From Lama guanicoe (Eukaryota), in contig MU054001.1 in assembly GCA_013239625.1 (NCBI GenBank), positions 5,939,078-6,003,077 of the forward strand: a DNA stretch of 64,000 bases. The letters run 5' to 3'. The notes beneath the pieces were generated by a model. It saw only the letters and a list, made by a program, of their open reading frames with translations, was not told the origin of the DNA and did no database searches. Positions 1-12,043 of the stretch are shown piece by piece. A program made the position numbers and the translations under genes. Each line of letters starts with the position of its first letter. The stretch's first letter is position 1.

Positions 1-1555
1 TCCAGGTGCCCCGGAGGACAGAAAGGTCCCAGGAAATGTGGGAAAAGTCAGGCTCTACCACTCTGAATTCTCTACATGGGTCCTTTCTTGGGTGGACATC
101 ACAATGGATGGGGCACTAATTCTACTTGTGTTGGGTTCAGCCTGGTGACTCCTGGGGTCACTCCCAATTTGCCTGTCATCTTGGAGAAGGTTTCTGGTGA
201 GACCTGCTACCTCACCTCGCTGGCCGGCTCTGTCTTCCCAAGACAGAGGTCAGCGGTGCAGCACTGTGGCTGGAGGCTCAAGAGCCCCTCTTGCCTCACT
301 GGCTCTGCCTGCCCAGCAGTGTATGAGCCATCTGCAAACATTGCCCCTGGAGTGTTCTTTTAAAGAGCTGGCTGGGTCCTGGGCTGAGCTGGCCAGCTCT
401 GGTGGCCCAGGCGAGTCACCAGGCCACCTTCTGTAGCTGCAGTCCAGGGCACCCTCTGCAGTCTTCCCACCCTGCCCAGGACCCAGAGGAGCCCAGACAG
501 CACAGGCCAGTTCAGAGCACTGTTGTTCTCTGCTGGTGCCTCAATGTGCCTGTGTCAAGGGAACGGCCACCACAGCCATGGCAGCCCTGGTCACCCTGTC
601 AGGGTTTGCTTTCCCCACCCCTACCCACCTGCCGAGGTGTGCACTCACCCTCCAGGCTCTAGACCTCTGCTCTTGCCAGTTACCACCCTTCAGGTTCCAA
701 CTGTAAATCCACCCCCTTGAGGAAGACCTTCCCGAGTCCCACAGTCCTCAGTAATGTGCCCCAAAGTACTTGGTTTATGCTTCTCCGTTGGCACTTGTTA
801 AATTCTGCCTTGTGCCGTTACTAGCTGTATATATAACCACACACGCTCTGCTCACACGTGAGCTCCCAGTAGACAGGGATCTTTCTTGTCCAGCTTCGTG
901 TGTCCTGCCCAGCGCTCAGCCCAACACCTGGCAGAGCACAACGGAGGCTCACTCTGGGCTCATCTGGATAGACTCACTTGCAGGAGGCAACCTAGGCTTT
1001 TCATCCTGTCAATAAATGCTCACTGAGCACCTGCTCTGGGCCAGGTGTGGTGACATGGCTTAGGGATGTGACGATGAACAAGGTAGATCTGTCTCTCATC
1101 TTCATGGAGCTTAGTGTTGCCTAGTGGGGGTGGGGAGTGGGTCCACAGGTCAATAAATAGAGAGCTCCCTTGTCCATCTGCTCCCAGCCACCTCTCCCTC
1201 CTGTTCCCTGTCCTCTCGCCCAGTGCTTTCTGCTCAACAATGCCCTTTGGAGTTAGTGGTCAAGACAGAGCCCCTCCCTATGGGATTGCACTGGGATGGG
1301 GCTGCTGTGAGCCAGGTACCCCTCACTCAGCATTGGAAGGAGCTTTTTGCTAGTTGCCACCGCCCACCAAGCCTCCTGCGGAGGTGGAATCTTCCACTTT
1401 CCAGGGTACCTGGTGCGGCCAGGGGCGTCCAGCAAGGGGTGGAGGAGCTGGGATGTGGTGAAGAGCAGTCTTCAGAAGAATCTTGAGAAGCTTCAGGAAG
1501 CCCCTGTTCTCCAAGGCCTGCGGGGTGGGGGATGGGGCCTGGTGATGGACAGTAG

Positions 1556-2056
<501 letters not shown>

Positions 2057-3448
2057 TAGGGTGGACACGGGGCACATCCTCCAGCTCGGACCACTGATGG
2101 CCATGAGATGGGAAATCAGGTAGAAACGTTCAGAGCAGCACTTCCTCCAGCAAGTGCTGGGCAGGCCTGAGACCAGGGGTGTCTGAGTGGGGGATGGCTG
2201 GGGATGACAGACCCTTTGATGAGGGGCCCAGATGCCCCTGGCATCACTCCCCAGGGGGAAGGGGCTGGAGGCCAGGACTTTGGGGCTAAGGCAAGAAGCT
2301 TCTCCCTGCTGAGAGCCAATCTCTTGGGCTTTGGAACACGAATCCTGCCCTGGAAAGGGACTGACTGAGCGTGCCCTGAATGAGCTTGAGAATTTGGCAG
2401 GGCGAGGACAGTTCTCACTGCATTAGTCTCACATAAAGGGTTCTGAATGCCTGGTGGGAATCCAAGTCCCCGATCCACCCTGAGATAAGCCAGGGTACCC
2501 CCATCATATACAGTGAGTCCCAGAGGTGTGCATGTGTGTGTGAACATGCGTGTGCACCTCCTGCTGGAAGAGAGAGCCCACAGGACTCACCTGTAATGAG
2601 AAGTCAGATAGAGCAGAGAGAGCAGAAGTCCTGTCTTCCCACCTCTCCTGCCACCTGTGGGGAAAATGTTAAACAAGGGGTAAGAAGCAGGTCTCATGGT
2701 CTTGCAAAGGGTAAGTCAATCGCGGGGAGGCAGGGAAGCCGGCAGCAAATGAAGTTGCCATGGCTACAGGATGCTTTAGCCAGCATCTTTAGGATCCTCT
2801 GTCAGTGGCTAGAAGGACCAGCTTAAAGAGGGAAAAGTTTCTTCAAGACTCAGGAAAATCAGGCTTTCCCATCGCTGTGGCTCTGTCCCCAGCCTCTGCC
2901 CCTCTTAGCTGAGGGCTTGAGTTCTCAGAATAAGCTCCAAGCATCTGGATTTTGCATGCGGGGATTGCTTGGGTTTCCTCTGAGTGGGCACCATCACCTT
3001 GAGGAAGCATCAGATGGGCTGGTGCAGACAAGGGCTCCTGGTTCCTCAGCCGGTCAGGGGCCAGGGTGAAGGAGGAGGTTGGATTTCTTCTGGGCCCCGA
3101 CGAGGTGACAGGGAACGGGCTCTCACCCAGCCAGGCCTCTAAATGTGATGGCCACAGCTCTGCATCACCCAGGGTCCAGTCCCTGGAGACCACGTGCAGG
3201 GGGGAGGCCTGTCCTCCTGGAGTCCTGGAGATGCAGAGGGAGACTCCTGACACCTGATGGATGTGGGTCGGAGCTGTCCCATGCAGGAGTCCTCAAGGGG
3301 GAGAATGTGGCCTTGGCCCTGGTCCAACCTTTGAATCCTGCTCACCAGCAATGTGACCTCAGGCAAGAACCCAGGAGGCCTCAGTCTCCTCAAAGACTAC
3401 TTTTCCAAGGTCATTTTATCTTACTTTTAGCGTGTTGAAAAATGTAGG

Positions 3449-3467
3449 CAGCCACCAGATGGCGCTA
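3449..3467 (+). promoter_or_regulatory. CTCF-like motif
   Basis: CAGCCACCAGATGGCGCTA fits the core consensus CCASYAGRKGGCRS. Confidence 0.6.
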
Positions 3468-4831
3468 GAATCTCAGTCCGGTTGTCCACTGTTGAGGAGG
3501 AGGGGCTCAGAGACCCGGACCTGGAGCCCCTGGGCTTTTCCAGAGCATTTTTCTGGCTGCTTGTACTTTAGGGCCCACAGGCCATCTGAATGCTTCCCAG
3601 CGCTTGGGCTGGATGGCTGCTCTTCTATTACTGGAGGAAACAAATGCAATGAGGCTGGTAGCCGGCTGCTGAAATCCAAGCCAGGGTCAGATTTTCTGAG
3701 TTTGCAGAACAAAGCTTCTCAGATCACACCTAGTCTCACTGGAGAGAACTGGGGCCTCCTCGGGAGCTTCTGGGGCTGGAATGAGAGCCCCCACACCCAT
3801 GCTTCAGTTTCCCCATCTGGGAAATGGGCCAATGATAATGCTGCCTCCTTTCTTGACTGGCTTGTGGGAGATTGAGAAATAGGAGATGAGATCAGGCTTT
3901 AAAAGTTAGAAGATGCTGGGCAGAGGTGAGAGACGATTTTCAGGAAAAAGGCTCTCAGAAAGTGTCTCAACTGCACGTAAAAGCCAGGCTGCTCCTGCAT
4001 CGGCTGTTCGGGAAAGTGGACAGGAAACTGGGCAGCTTGGTCCAAAGGAGGCAGAAAGGCTGGAGCTGTCCAAAGCCAAGCAAGACTGCTAACATTTGGC
4101 TTTTTGGGCACCACCCTCTCCCTACCCAACACCCCATCAGATGCACAATGACCAAATGTAGCTACTTCTTTCCGGCTTTTAATCAAGAGCGTCAAAGGTA
4201 GATTTGACCTTGGGGGGACCCTAAAGCACAGGGGAAGACCTCTCCACTGTATTGCAAGGGTCCAGGCTGTCTAGGCTGAATGGTCTTAAATCTCAGAATA
4301 GCTTGTCCACCTCTAGGAAGGGCTTTCTGCCCTTAGATGGGCTGATCCTGTGGGGAGAGCTCAGTCTCATTCCAAAATGAAAGGAGATTCTTCTTAGCAG
4401 CTCTTTGATCACAGGCGTGATATGGAAATGAAGGGAACTCAAATTAGAAAAACAGAAGCGCTTTGGGCAGAACGCAGGGTGCTATGGTTAAATGCAGCGA
4501 TATTTTTATCATACAGACAAAGCTGGTGTGAACTCTTCAGGCCAGGTGGGGTGGCCCGGTGGCTGGGGAGCGCACCATGGGCTGGGTCTCCTGGGCTAGA
4601 TGAGGATGACGAGGTGGGCTGGTAACGTCGTAACAGAGGGAGGCCATCCCTGAGATCATACGTCCCCTCTCTGCCAAATCTCAGCTGCGGTGACTTGGTC
4701 AATTTCATCCTCCAAACCTCTGTGACCCGATTTCTCCGCGAGGCAGCGCATGCAGGGAGCAATAGCAGAGGAAGAGTCAGTTTGGTTCACAGTGACAACC
4801 AAAGACCCCTTTGGTACTCATGAGACCCATG

Positions 4832-5022
4832 GGCGCTTCTCAGCTGGGGGCCCTGTGGCCTCCTGGCGGGCACTGGGCAATGTCTGGGAACACTTTTGCT
4901 TGTCACAACCTGGTGGGTGGAAGAGAGGGAGGCTGCTAAATATCCCACGATGCACAGGTCGGCCCCCCACCATCCCCCAACAAAGAATCATCTGGCCCTC
5001 AATGTCAACTGAAAACCTCTGG
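4832..5022 (+). mobile_element. MER20-like hAT-Charlie DNA transposon fossil
   Basis: GGCAATGTCTGGGAACACTTTTGCTTGTCACAAC...GCTGCTAAATATCCCACGATGCACAGG...CAACAAAGAATCATCTGGCCC resembles the recalled MER20 consensus. Confidence 0.75.
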
Positions 5023-5123
5023 TCTAGATGAGCCTGGAATGCCACTGGATGGGGGGCTGGCATGGCGCTTCTCCCTCTTACCAGGGCAGAAGTTCATGGT
5101 GGATGGTTTTACTCTCTCTGCAG

Positions 5124-5258
5124 TTCTTGGAGTCTTGTGATGAAGTCATCTTGTTGGAAGACGGAGAGATTTGTGAAAAGGGAACCCACAAAGAGTTAAT
5201 GGAGGAGAGAGGACGCTATGCAAAACTGATTCACAGCCTGCGAGGGTTGCAATTCAGG
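5124..5258 (+). CDS. ABCC12: ABCC12 exon: end of NBD1
   Basis: ctgcag|TTC...AGG|gtaact; 135 nt; FLESCDEVILLEDGEICEKGTHKELMEERGRYAKLIHSLRGLQFR. Confidence 0.95.
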
Positions 5259-5363
5259 GTAACTCTTCCTACCTGGGTGCAGGACACTGGGAGCCTTCCC
5301 CCATGATTTCTGGCCTGAAGTTCAGTCACCTGGATTTCAGAAGAAATTTCATTTTGTCTCCAG

Positions 5364-5439
5364 GATCCTGAGCACATTTACAACGCAGCCATGGTGGAAG
5401 CCCTCAAGGAGAGCCCTGCCGAGAGAGAGGAAGACGCTG
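5364..5439 (+). CDS. ABCC12: ABCC12 exon: linker
   Basis: ctccag|GAT...GCTG|gtacaa; 76 nt, ends phase 1; DPEHIYNAAMVEALKESPAEREEDA. Confidence 0.88.
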
Positions 5440-5522
5440 GTACAATCAGAGTTCGAATCACACCTCTCTTATTACCCATGGCTCACGAGTGGACACAGAT
5501 CTCTCTTTATTTCTCACCCTAG

Positions 5523-5594
5523 TTGTGGCTCCAGGAGATGAGGAAAAGGAAGGAAAAGAACCTGAAACAGAATCAGAATTCGTAGACACAGAAG
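5523..5594 (+). CDS. ABCC12: ABCC12 exon: acidic linker
   Basis: ccctag|TT...GAAG|gtattt; 72 nt, phase 1-1; (V)VAPGDEEKEGKEPETESEFVDTE. Confidence 0.88.
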
Positions 5595-5719
5595 GTATTT
5601 ACTGTTCATGCCTTCAATTACATACTTTGAAATATGTATTGAGCACCTACTTTTAGGGATAAAGAAGCGTAGGCATAGTGTGTGTCCTTTCGGGCAGCTA
5701 GCATTATCTGGTTTACTGT

Positions 5720-5955
5720 AATGTGAGCTTTGGGGTTCAACTCCCTGAGTCCAAATTCTGTCTCAATCACCAGTTTTATGACTTCAGAGCAAGATATTTG
5801 GCCACTCTGAACCTTATATTCTTAATCCATAAAATGGGGAAATAATAGTACCAATCTCATAGGTTCTTGCAATGATTTCGTGAGAAACTGTACATACAAT
5901 GAATAGCACAATGCTTGACATACAGCAACCCTCAGTAGTCATCACTGTCATTATT
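5720..5955 (+). mobile_element. MIR SINE
   Basis: MIR core-like CTCTGAACCTTATATTCTTAATCCATAAAATGGGGAAATAATAGTACCAATCTCATAGGTT; boundaries approximate. Confidence 0.65.
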
Positions 5956-7948
5956 AGTTGCAAAGATCAAGGCAATGCACAGAGATTAATCAGAGGCAAA
6001 AGCACACAGGAGAGATGTTCCCCACTCTTTCTGGGGGAGCACTGAGAAAGAATTGAGCAGTCGTGGGATAAGGTGGGATAAGGTCATTCATTCCTTCCAC
6101 AAGTAAGGACTCAGCATTCTACTATGTGCCAAGCACGAAGCTGGGCTGGGGAGACTGGGGAGAGAAAGAAAATATGCCCCATCCTCAGGATTTTTCATCT
6201 GGTGGGGGCCACAGGCAAGTGGCTAATCATGGGAAACTAATAAGGCTAATGGGAAGCTGGGATGGGAGTAACAAGGCAGGGAGGGCTTCACTGAGGAGGT
6301 GACCTTTGGACTGATTCTTTAAGTATACATAAGAGTTTGCCAGAGACACTGTGGTGACAAGATGGGGAAAGGAGAAGATACTGGGTCTGAGCAAAGAGGA
6401 CAGATGTGAAAGATGAGCCTAGCGAGGGTCAGGCTAGTCAAGCTGCCTCTTCTCTGTATATACTGTTGCCTCTGTCCCTTCGTCCATTCAACATTTGTTG
6501 AGCGCCTACTGGGTGCACTGTCCCGCGCTGGGCACTGAGAAGTCAGGGCTCAAAATGCACCTTCCTCCAAGTCCCCACAGCAAGGTCCCTCAATCACGTG
6601 TAGCTGAAAGAACACCTTAGTATATTTCAACAACTTTAAGATGCCATCCATTTTAAGATCAGTTTTATTTCATGTACTGCTTAGAAAGAATAGCCTCTGC
6701 CAATCAGACAATATGGCGTACTACCAAATGGGGCGCATCCTGATTTCAGAGATGTTAAAATGTGAAAAAAAAAAAAGTGAGTCTTCCCATAGATGAAAGT
6801 TGGCGCCATTAACGGTGCTTGTGACAAACGCATTTGGAAAGACAACATATTTTTATTGCTCTGGAGGTAGCCAAGGCTGGAGTGGGGAACCCAGCCGTCT
6901 CTTCCATGCTTTCTCAGGAAAGCTCCGGCTGCCCAGAATTTGGGGTCCTGTGAAGAGAGTAAATCCTGCTTCTCTGGAGAGAAGAGGGAACCTGGGAAAT
7001 TAAATGCTTTGAGAGCTGTAGGAAAGGGAGGGTTGAAGGCGGCACTGCCTGCAGGGCTAGCACCAGGGCACTTTCGAAAGTGGCTCAAGGGTGAACAGAG
7101 CATCAGCAGCACAACTGGCTGGGCTGGGCCCCAAGGTGGCCTGACAGTTCCTGTTGTGCCCCAGGGTGCCACTCTGCCAGCCTGAGGAGTCCCGTACGTG
7201 CTGCAGCCTGAGGGAGACGCAATGAGTGACAGTCAGGCTGAACGTTTGCAAAGAAGCGCGTAGGTTCCCAGGCAGAGGGGCTAATGGCAGCTCTCTTCAC
7301 TGAGGCACCTTTAAGGTCTGACAGCTTTCTCTGCCGGGGCAGGGTGCAGACAGCCCGTGCACAGGGGTGCCTCTTTGTCTGGCTCTATTCATCTCTGTTT
7401 ACAAGAGCCAGGTATAACCACGGCATGCTTCTCCAGGGAGGGGAGGGAAGAGACGTGCATTTGATCCTGGCTGCTGAGAGTTCCTAGCCAGCATCCCTGC
7501 ACCTCCAAATGTGTTTCAATGAGAACTTGATGGCATTGCCCCCTCCCCTTTGGAAGGTGGAGAGGACGGGGGGCAGCCTTGTGGAGGGAATCAGGAGTCC
7601 ACGCAGCAGCTGACTTGGGAGGACGCCCTGGGTTTCTTCTCGCGGTGTGAGCTCCCTAGTAGACGCCTTCTGGCTGGCCCCAGAGTAGATGCTGTGGGTG
7701 CCCTTGGCACGTCTGCACACATAGTCCAACTCCCAGCTTCCACGCCTGTGTCTCTGGTAGCTGCCAGCCCCGGGTCCAGCTGGAAGTGCTGGGGAATCAA
7801 CCACCCTGCCGCCCCGGGTGGAGCCCTCACGCAATGGCCAATGGGAGTTGGTGCAGAAATGTCCCAGATCCCACTGCATGTGAGAAAAACCTCTGATGTG
7901 TAGTCCTGCCCTGGCTGGAGATTTCCCTGTGCTGGGTTAATCTCCTGT

Positions 7949-7967
7949 TGCCCAGTAGGGGGCGCTG
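7949..7967 (+). promoter_or_regulatory. CTCF-like motif
   Basis: TGCCCAGTAGGGGGCGCTG fits the core consensus CCASYAGRKGGCRS. Confidence 0.55.
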
Positions 7968-8324
7968 CCTCGGTGAGCCACCTTTATTGTTAGTTCTGGC
8001 ATAAACTTCATGTGTTCACATCCACCGCTTAGGATCTGCTTTTGGAGACCTAGATCAAGACAACTCCTGTCTCCCCAGGGATGAACACCTAGTAGGGCTT
8101 AATAAATATTTCTCAAAAGACTGAACGCCACCTGCCCCACAGGGCTGTAATGAGGACCTAAATAAATAAATAAATAAATAAAATGAGCAAAAGTGTGTTG
8201 AGAATTTGAAAACATAGGGCGAGTGGAAGGAGGGATGGTAACTGCCCTGAGCGGGGGCAGGGGGTGTGCTGGAGGGGCTCCCGCCCCGCCAGGGCTGCCT
8301 CAGGACTGGTGTTTGTCTCCACAG

Positions 8325-8414
8325 CTCCTCTGCACCAGCTCATCCAGACGGAGTCCCCCCGGGAAGGCACTGTGACCTGGAAAACGTATCACACGTACAT
8401 TAAGGCTTCTGGAG
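8325..8414 (+). CDS. ABCC12: ABCC12 exon: linker/pre-TMD2
   Basis: ccacag|CT...GGAG|gttcgg; 90 nt; (A)PLHQLIQTESPREGTVTWKTYHTYIKASG. Confidence 0.92.
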
Positions 8415-9103
8415 GTTCGGTATAAAACAACGAGTTTCTTGATTTAATTTACATTAAAAAATTCTTTTTTAAACAGTTGGGTTCATGTTTTATGGTTTCT
8501 TTAACAATTTCTCTATGCGAGGGTCCTTTCTTACAGCTTTTATTTTTTTCCCCCCTAAAAATCTAAAGTCTGATAATACAGCCTTTTAAATGGAATCATC
8601 CTTTATCTCCATTAAAGCTGCCAGACTCTATTTATTGAAACTGAGCGAGCAGCAGCACGACCCAGCTCTGGTTCTGGTGAGACCTCGCACTCTAACCTCT
8701 GAGCACACAGAGCCGTCAGCTTGTTCCCCGCCTTCAACGCAAGAGTCCCGTCTCCCCGTGCGAAGCATACCTTGTAGTTTCATTCCCTGTCTCTCCCCAG
8801 CAAGGCTGGGTTTTTAGTTGCTTTTAAAGAATACCAAGTCACTTCTATTAAGTGCGTAACAGTGGTTCTTCTAATAGGTTGACAATTTGGACCTATTTCC
8901 CAAGCATGTGGAACAGACGTCCCTGTTAGGGGTTCAGGGATCCAACACCCAGATACGTTGTGTCAGCCTTGAAGGTGGTTCCCAGGGGTGGGGGTCCTTT
9001 TCCTGCAGGCTTTGAGTTTCCCATCAGGGTTAGAGCCTGAGGAAGGAGAGCCCACTGCAGCCCCCTCGCCTCTGTAACCCCTGGACCTCTCCCTCCTCTG
9101 CAG

Positions 9104-9207
9104 GGTACCTCCTCTCTCTCTTCGTGGTGTCCCTCTTCCTCCTGATGATCGGCAGCTCCGCCTTCAGCAACTGGTGGCTGGGGCTCTGGCTGGACCAGGG
9201 CTCACAG
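9104..9207 (+). CDS. ABCC12: ABCC12 exon: first TMD2 helix
   Basis: ctgcag|GG...CAG|gtgagt; 104 nt; (G)YLLSLFVVSLFLLMIGSSAFSNWWLGLWLDQGSQ. Confidence 0.94.
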
Positions 9208-10997
9208 GTGAGTTCCCCTTTGGCACTGGGAAGTGTTGAGTCAGTCGCTGACGGAGAGTCTGAACACGCCCGACACCCCATGATGAGCCTCCCACAGCCC
9301 CCTTCCACAAGGCTGAGGTCAGCTGCTTACACTACACAGCTCAACTCCTGAAATCTCCTTTGATTTTGCAAGACAAGCAGGGCATGGGCATTTTTATGTG
9401 CCACCTTCAGATTTTAAAGAGTTGGCTAAACAGATTGTGCCAGGCAATCAGAGCGTGTCTGGAGTCGCGCACGTGCAGCATAGGGTCAGTTTTGCAGCCT
9501 CTCTGAGGAGGAGCTGGGGAGGGAGAGGGCCAGGGAAGCCCAACACAGATTTCTACCTTCTTGCCTCTGAAACTGGTATCTTGTCACAGACACTGTGTGG
9601 TGTCAGGGGGTTCCACCCAGCTCTGCTCCCCAGAGTCCCTCTGCAGGAACAGGATATGCAAAAGTCAGACTCAGTCCCTGGATGTGCTGCAGGGCCCTTC
9701 GGGTCTTCTCTGCCTCCTAAGCTCTCATCTAGGCCAGGGCCGTCCTGGGAAGGACTGATAAGTCTTCTCTTGTACAAGCTTGCTGGAAGCTCTCCCAGTT
9801 TTTGGCCCATGGTTTCAAAGCTTTCCTGGAGCCCCGGGAAATGCTGTGGGGTTGCCTGCCCATCCTCCAGGATTACATTTTGGCACAGTTCTGTTGCTAT
9901 GACAACCAAAGCAAGGAGGCCCTGGGAAGACACAGGCAGGGGAGAGGCAGCTATAGCCCTCCTGGAGTTTGGCACACTTTCCCGAGGCCAGTCCCAAGGG
10001 GGGAGGCCAATAGGTGGTCTGCTCTGTGCAGAGAGAGAGCCATCTCTGGAAGGCCCCCCACCAGACCTGTGTTTGCTCATGAAGAGCCCTTTCCTTGGAG
10101 AGGCCAAGGTTTGAGCCAGAGGGGGGCCTCCCCCTACATATGGTGCTTCCCCAGAAGGCCCGTGCCTTGGGCGGCAGCAATGACAGCTGACCCATGCGCT
10201 TGCCCCACCCCCAGACACTGGGGGCGCAGCCCACAGCACAGCGACGCCTCCTCTTCAAGCTGGTCCTTTGGTCGATTAGCTCCCCAGGGATGCTTTTGCT
10301 TTTAGGAGTGTTCATCTGTCAGCCGCTGCCTCTGGTTTACATTTCCGCTATTGCTGTAATCAGCAAAATGGCATTTAGACGGAAGATGCTTGTTTGCTCC
10401 CCAAAGGCAATCTTGACTTTTAGCACACAGCTCAGGGAAACATGAAACTGCCAATGAAAACTCCCAGAGCCCTTGGTTCCCCAGGCTCCCTCCTCCCTGC
10501 AGCGGCTCCAGGCCTCTGAAAGGGGGCCCTGGGGCTGAGCCATTGTGCAGAAGAGCCCCCAAGTCTCCCCAAAGGCCCGGTGGCTTCTGCCAGCAGGTCC
10601 CTGATTCCCTGGCCTGTCTGGGCTGCCTGAGGGCTGCTCAGCCCACCTGTGGAATCCAGACTTTGTCGCTTCTGTGATGTTCCTGGCCCAGCATCACCTC
10701 TGGGCTCCCCAGCGGCTGCTCCACACAGGCCTGGCTTGTGTGCTTTGCTTCCCCCACTGACTGTGCGGAGCCTCGTGAGCTAGGGGCCACTCGGGGCCAC
10801 AGCTGCCCAGCAGGAGGACCCAGGCACAGCTCAGAAACCCTCACAGGGACATGATTTGGTTTCACCACCCAACTCACTCTTAACAATTATGCACCTGTTT
10901 TTAGTTTCTTCTCCCCGGAAAGACTGTCTGGAAAGTTTCCATTCTTTGGACAGTTGATCAACTCTTGGTTCTTCTTGTTTTTCCTCCCAAAATGAAG

Positions 10998-11189
10998 TGT
11001 GGGCCTCAGGGCAACACAGGAACGTGCGAGGTCGGCACGGTGCCGGTGGACACCGGGCCGCGGGGGCACCAGTGGGTGTACATGGGGAGCATGGTGTCCA
11101 TGCTGCTGTTTGGGGTCACCAAAGGCTTTGCCTTCACCAAGACCACGCTGACGGCATCCTCCTCACTGCACGACCGAGTGTTTGACAAG
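10998..11189 (+). CDS. ABCC12: ABCC12 exon: TMD2 extracellular loop and helix; 5' boundary uncertain (10992, 10998 or 11010)
   Basis: CGPQGNTGTCEVGTVPVDTGPRGHQWVYMGSMVSMLLFGVTKGFAFTKTTLTASSSLHDRVFDK|gtacag. The expected acceptor before ATG 10992 reads AA; the first AG after the polypyrimidine tract is 10996-10997 and is in frame. Confidence 0.82.
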
Positions 11190-11816
11190 GTACAGTCTCC
11201 CCCACCCCCACCCGCACTCTGGGGGCTGCCTGCACAGCCCGTTCATCAGTCAGTGGGGGTTACTGGGCACCTGCGATGCCTCAGACCCTGAGCTGGGCTA
11301 GCGGACAGACAGTGCTCATGGAGCTCATGGTCGAGTCTGGGAAGAGTCTTCCAGTAGCTAATTATCAACTATGAAGGCAAACTTCTGGGAGCTGTGGGGG
11401 TGTCACGGGCCCAGGCAGAGCTGGGAGTGAAGGTGAGGGTGGACAGGAAGGTCTCCCCGAGGACACTGCCCTGGAGCAGGCGTGTGCAGCCCCAGAGGGC
11501 TTCTCCTGCTCCAGAGAGCCCTGAGCACCTCGGGCCCCCTCTTCATTCCGCTGCTGCGTGCACACAGGTGCAGCCCACAAAGACACAGTGGAACTTGGCT
11601 TTTTATTGCCCTGGGGCACAAAATCCCTCCATCCTCCGCGGAGGCTGAATCCCTCCCACAGTCACTGGCATTCACAGAGGCCACGAGAGACGAGAGCATC
11701 CTCACTTCCCAGGGTCGCCCGGCACAAGCTGTTGGGCTCAGGATCCCAGCCCCACAGAGCGCCGCCTGCGGTCACTCAACGTGCACTCAACCCTGACTCT
11801 CCGCTGTCGCCCGCAG

Positions 11817-12043
11817 GTCCTGGAGAGCCCGATGAGCTTCTTTGACAGGACTCCCACCGGCAGGCTAATGAACCGCTTTTCCAAGGACATGGACGAGCTA
11901 GACGTGAGGCTGCCGTTTCACGCTGAGAACTTTCTGCAGCAGTTTTTCATGGTGCTGTTTATTCTCGTGATATTGGCTGCTGTGTTTCCTGCTGTCCTTT
12001 TAGTCCTGGCCGGCCTTGCTGTAGGCTTCTTCATTCTTTTACG
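11817..12043 (+). CDS. ABCC12: ABCC12 exon: TMD2
   Basis: ccgcag|GTC...CG|gtaggt; 227 nt; VLESPMSFFDRTPTGRLMNRFSKDMDELDVRLPFHAENFLQQFFMVLFILVILAAVFPAVLLVLAGLAVGFFILL(R). Confidence 0.96.

Noticed and set aside
5259..5522. Two short introns (105 and 83 nt) as candidates for in-frame retention
   Set aside because: The 105-nt intron has an in-frame TGA (5304-5306), and the 83-nt intron is not a multiple of 3
9398..10315. Long overlapping ORFs (238, 228, 167 and 166 aa) on both strands in an intron
   Set aside because: GC-rich sequence, no recognisable domains, Pro/Gly/Ser-rich composition typical of chance ORFs
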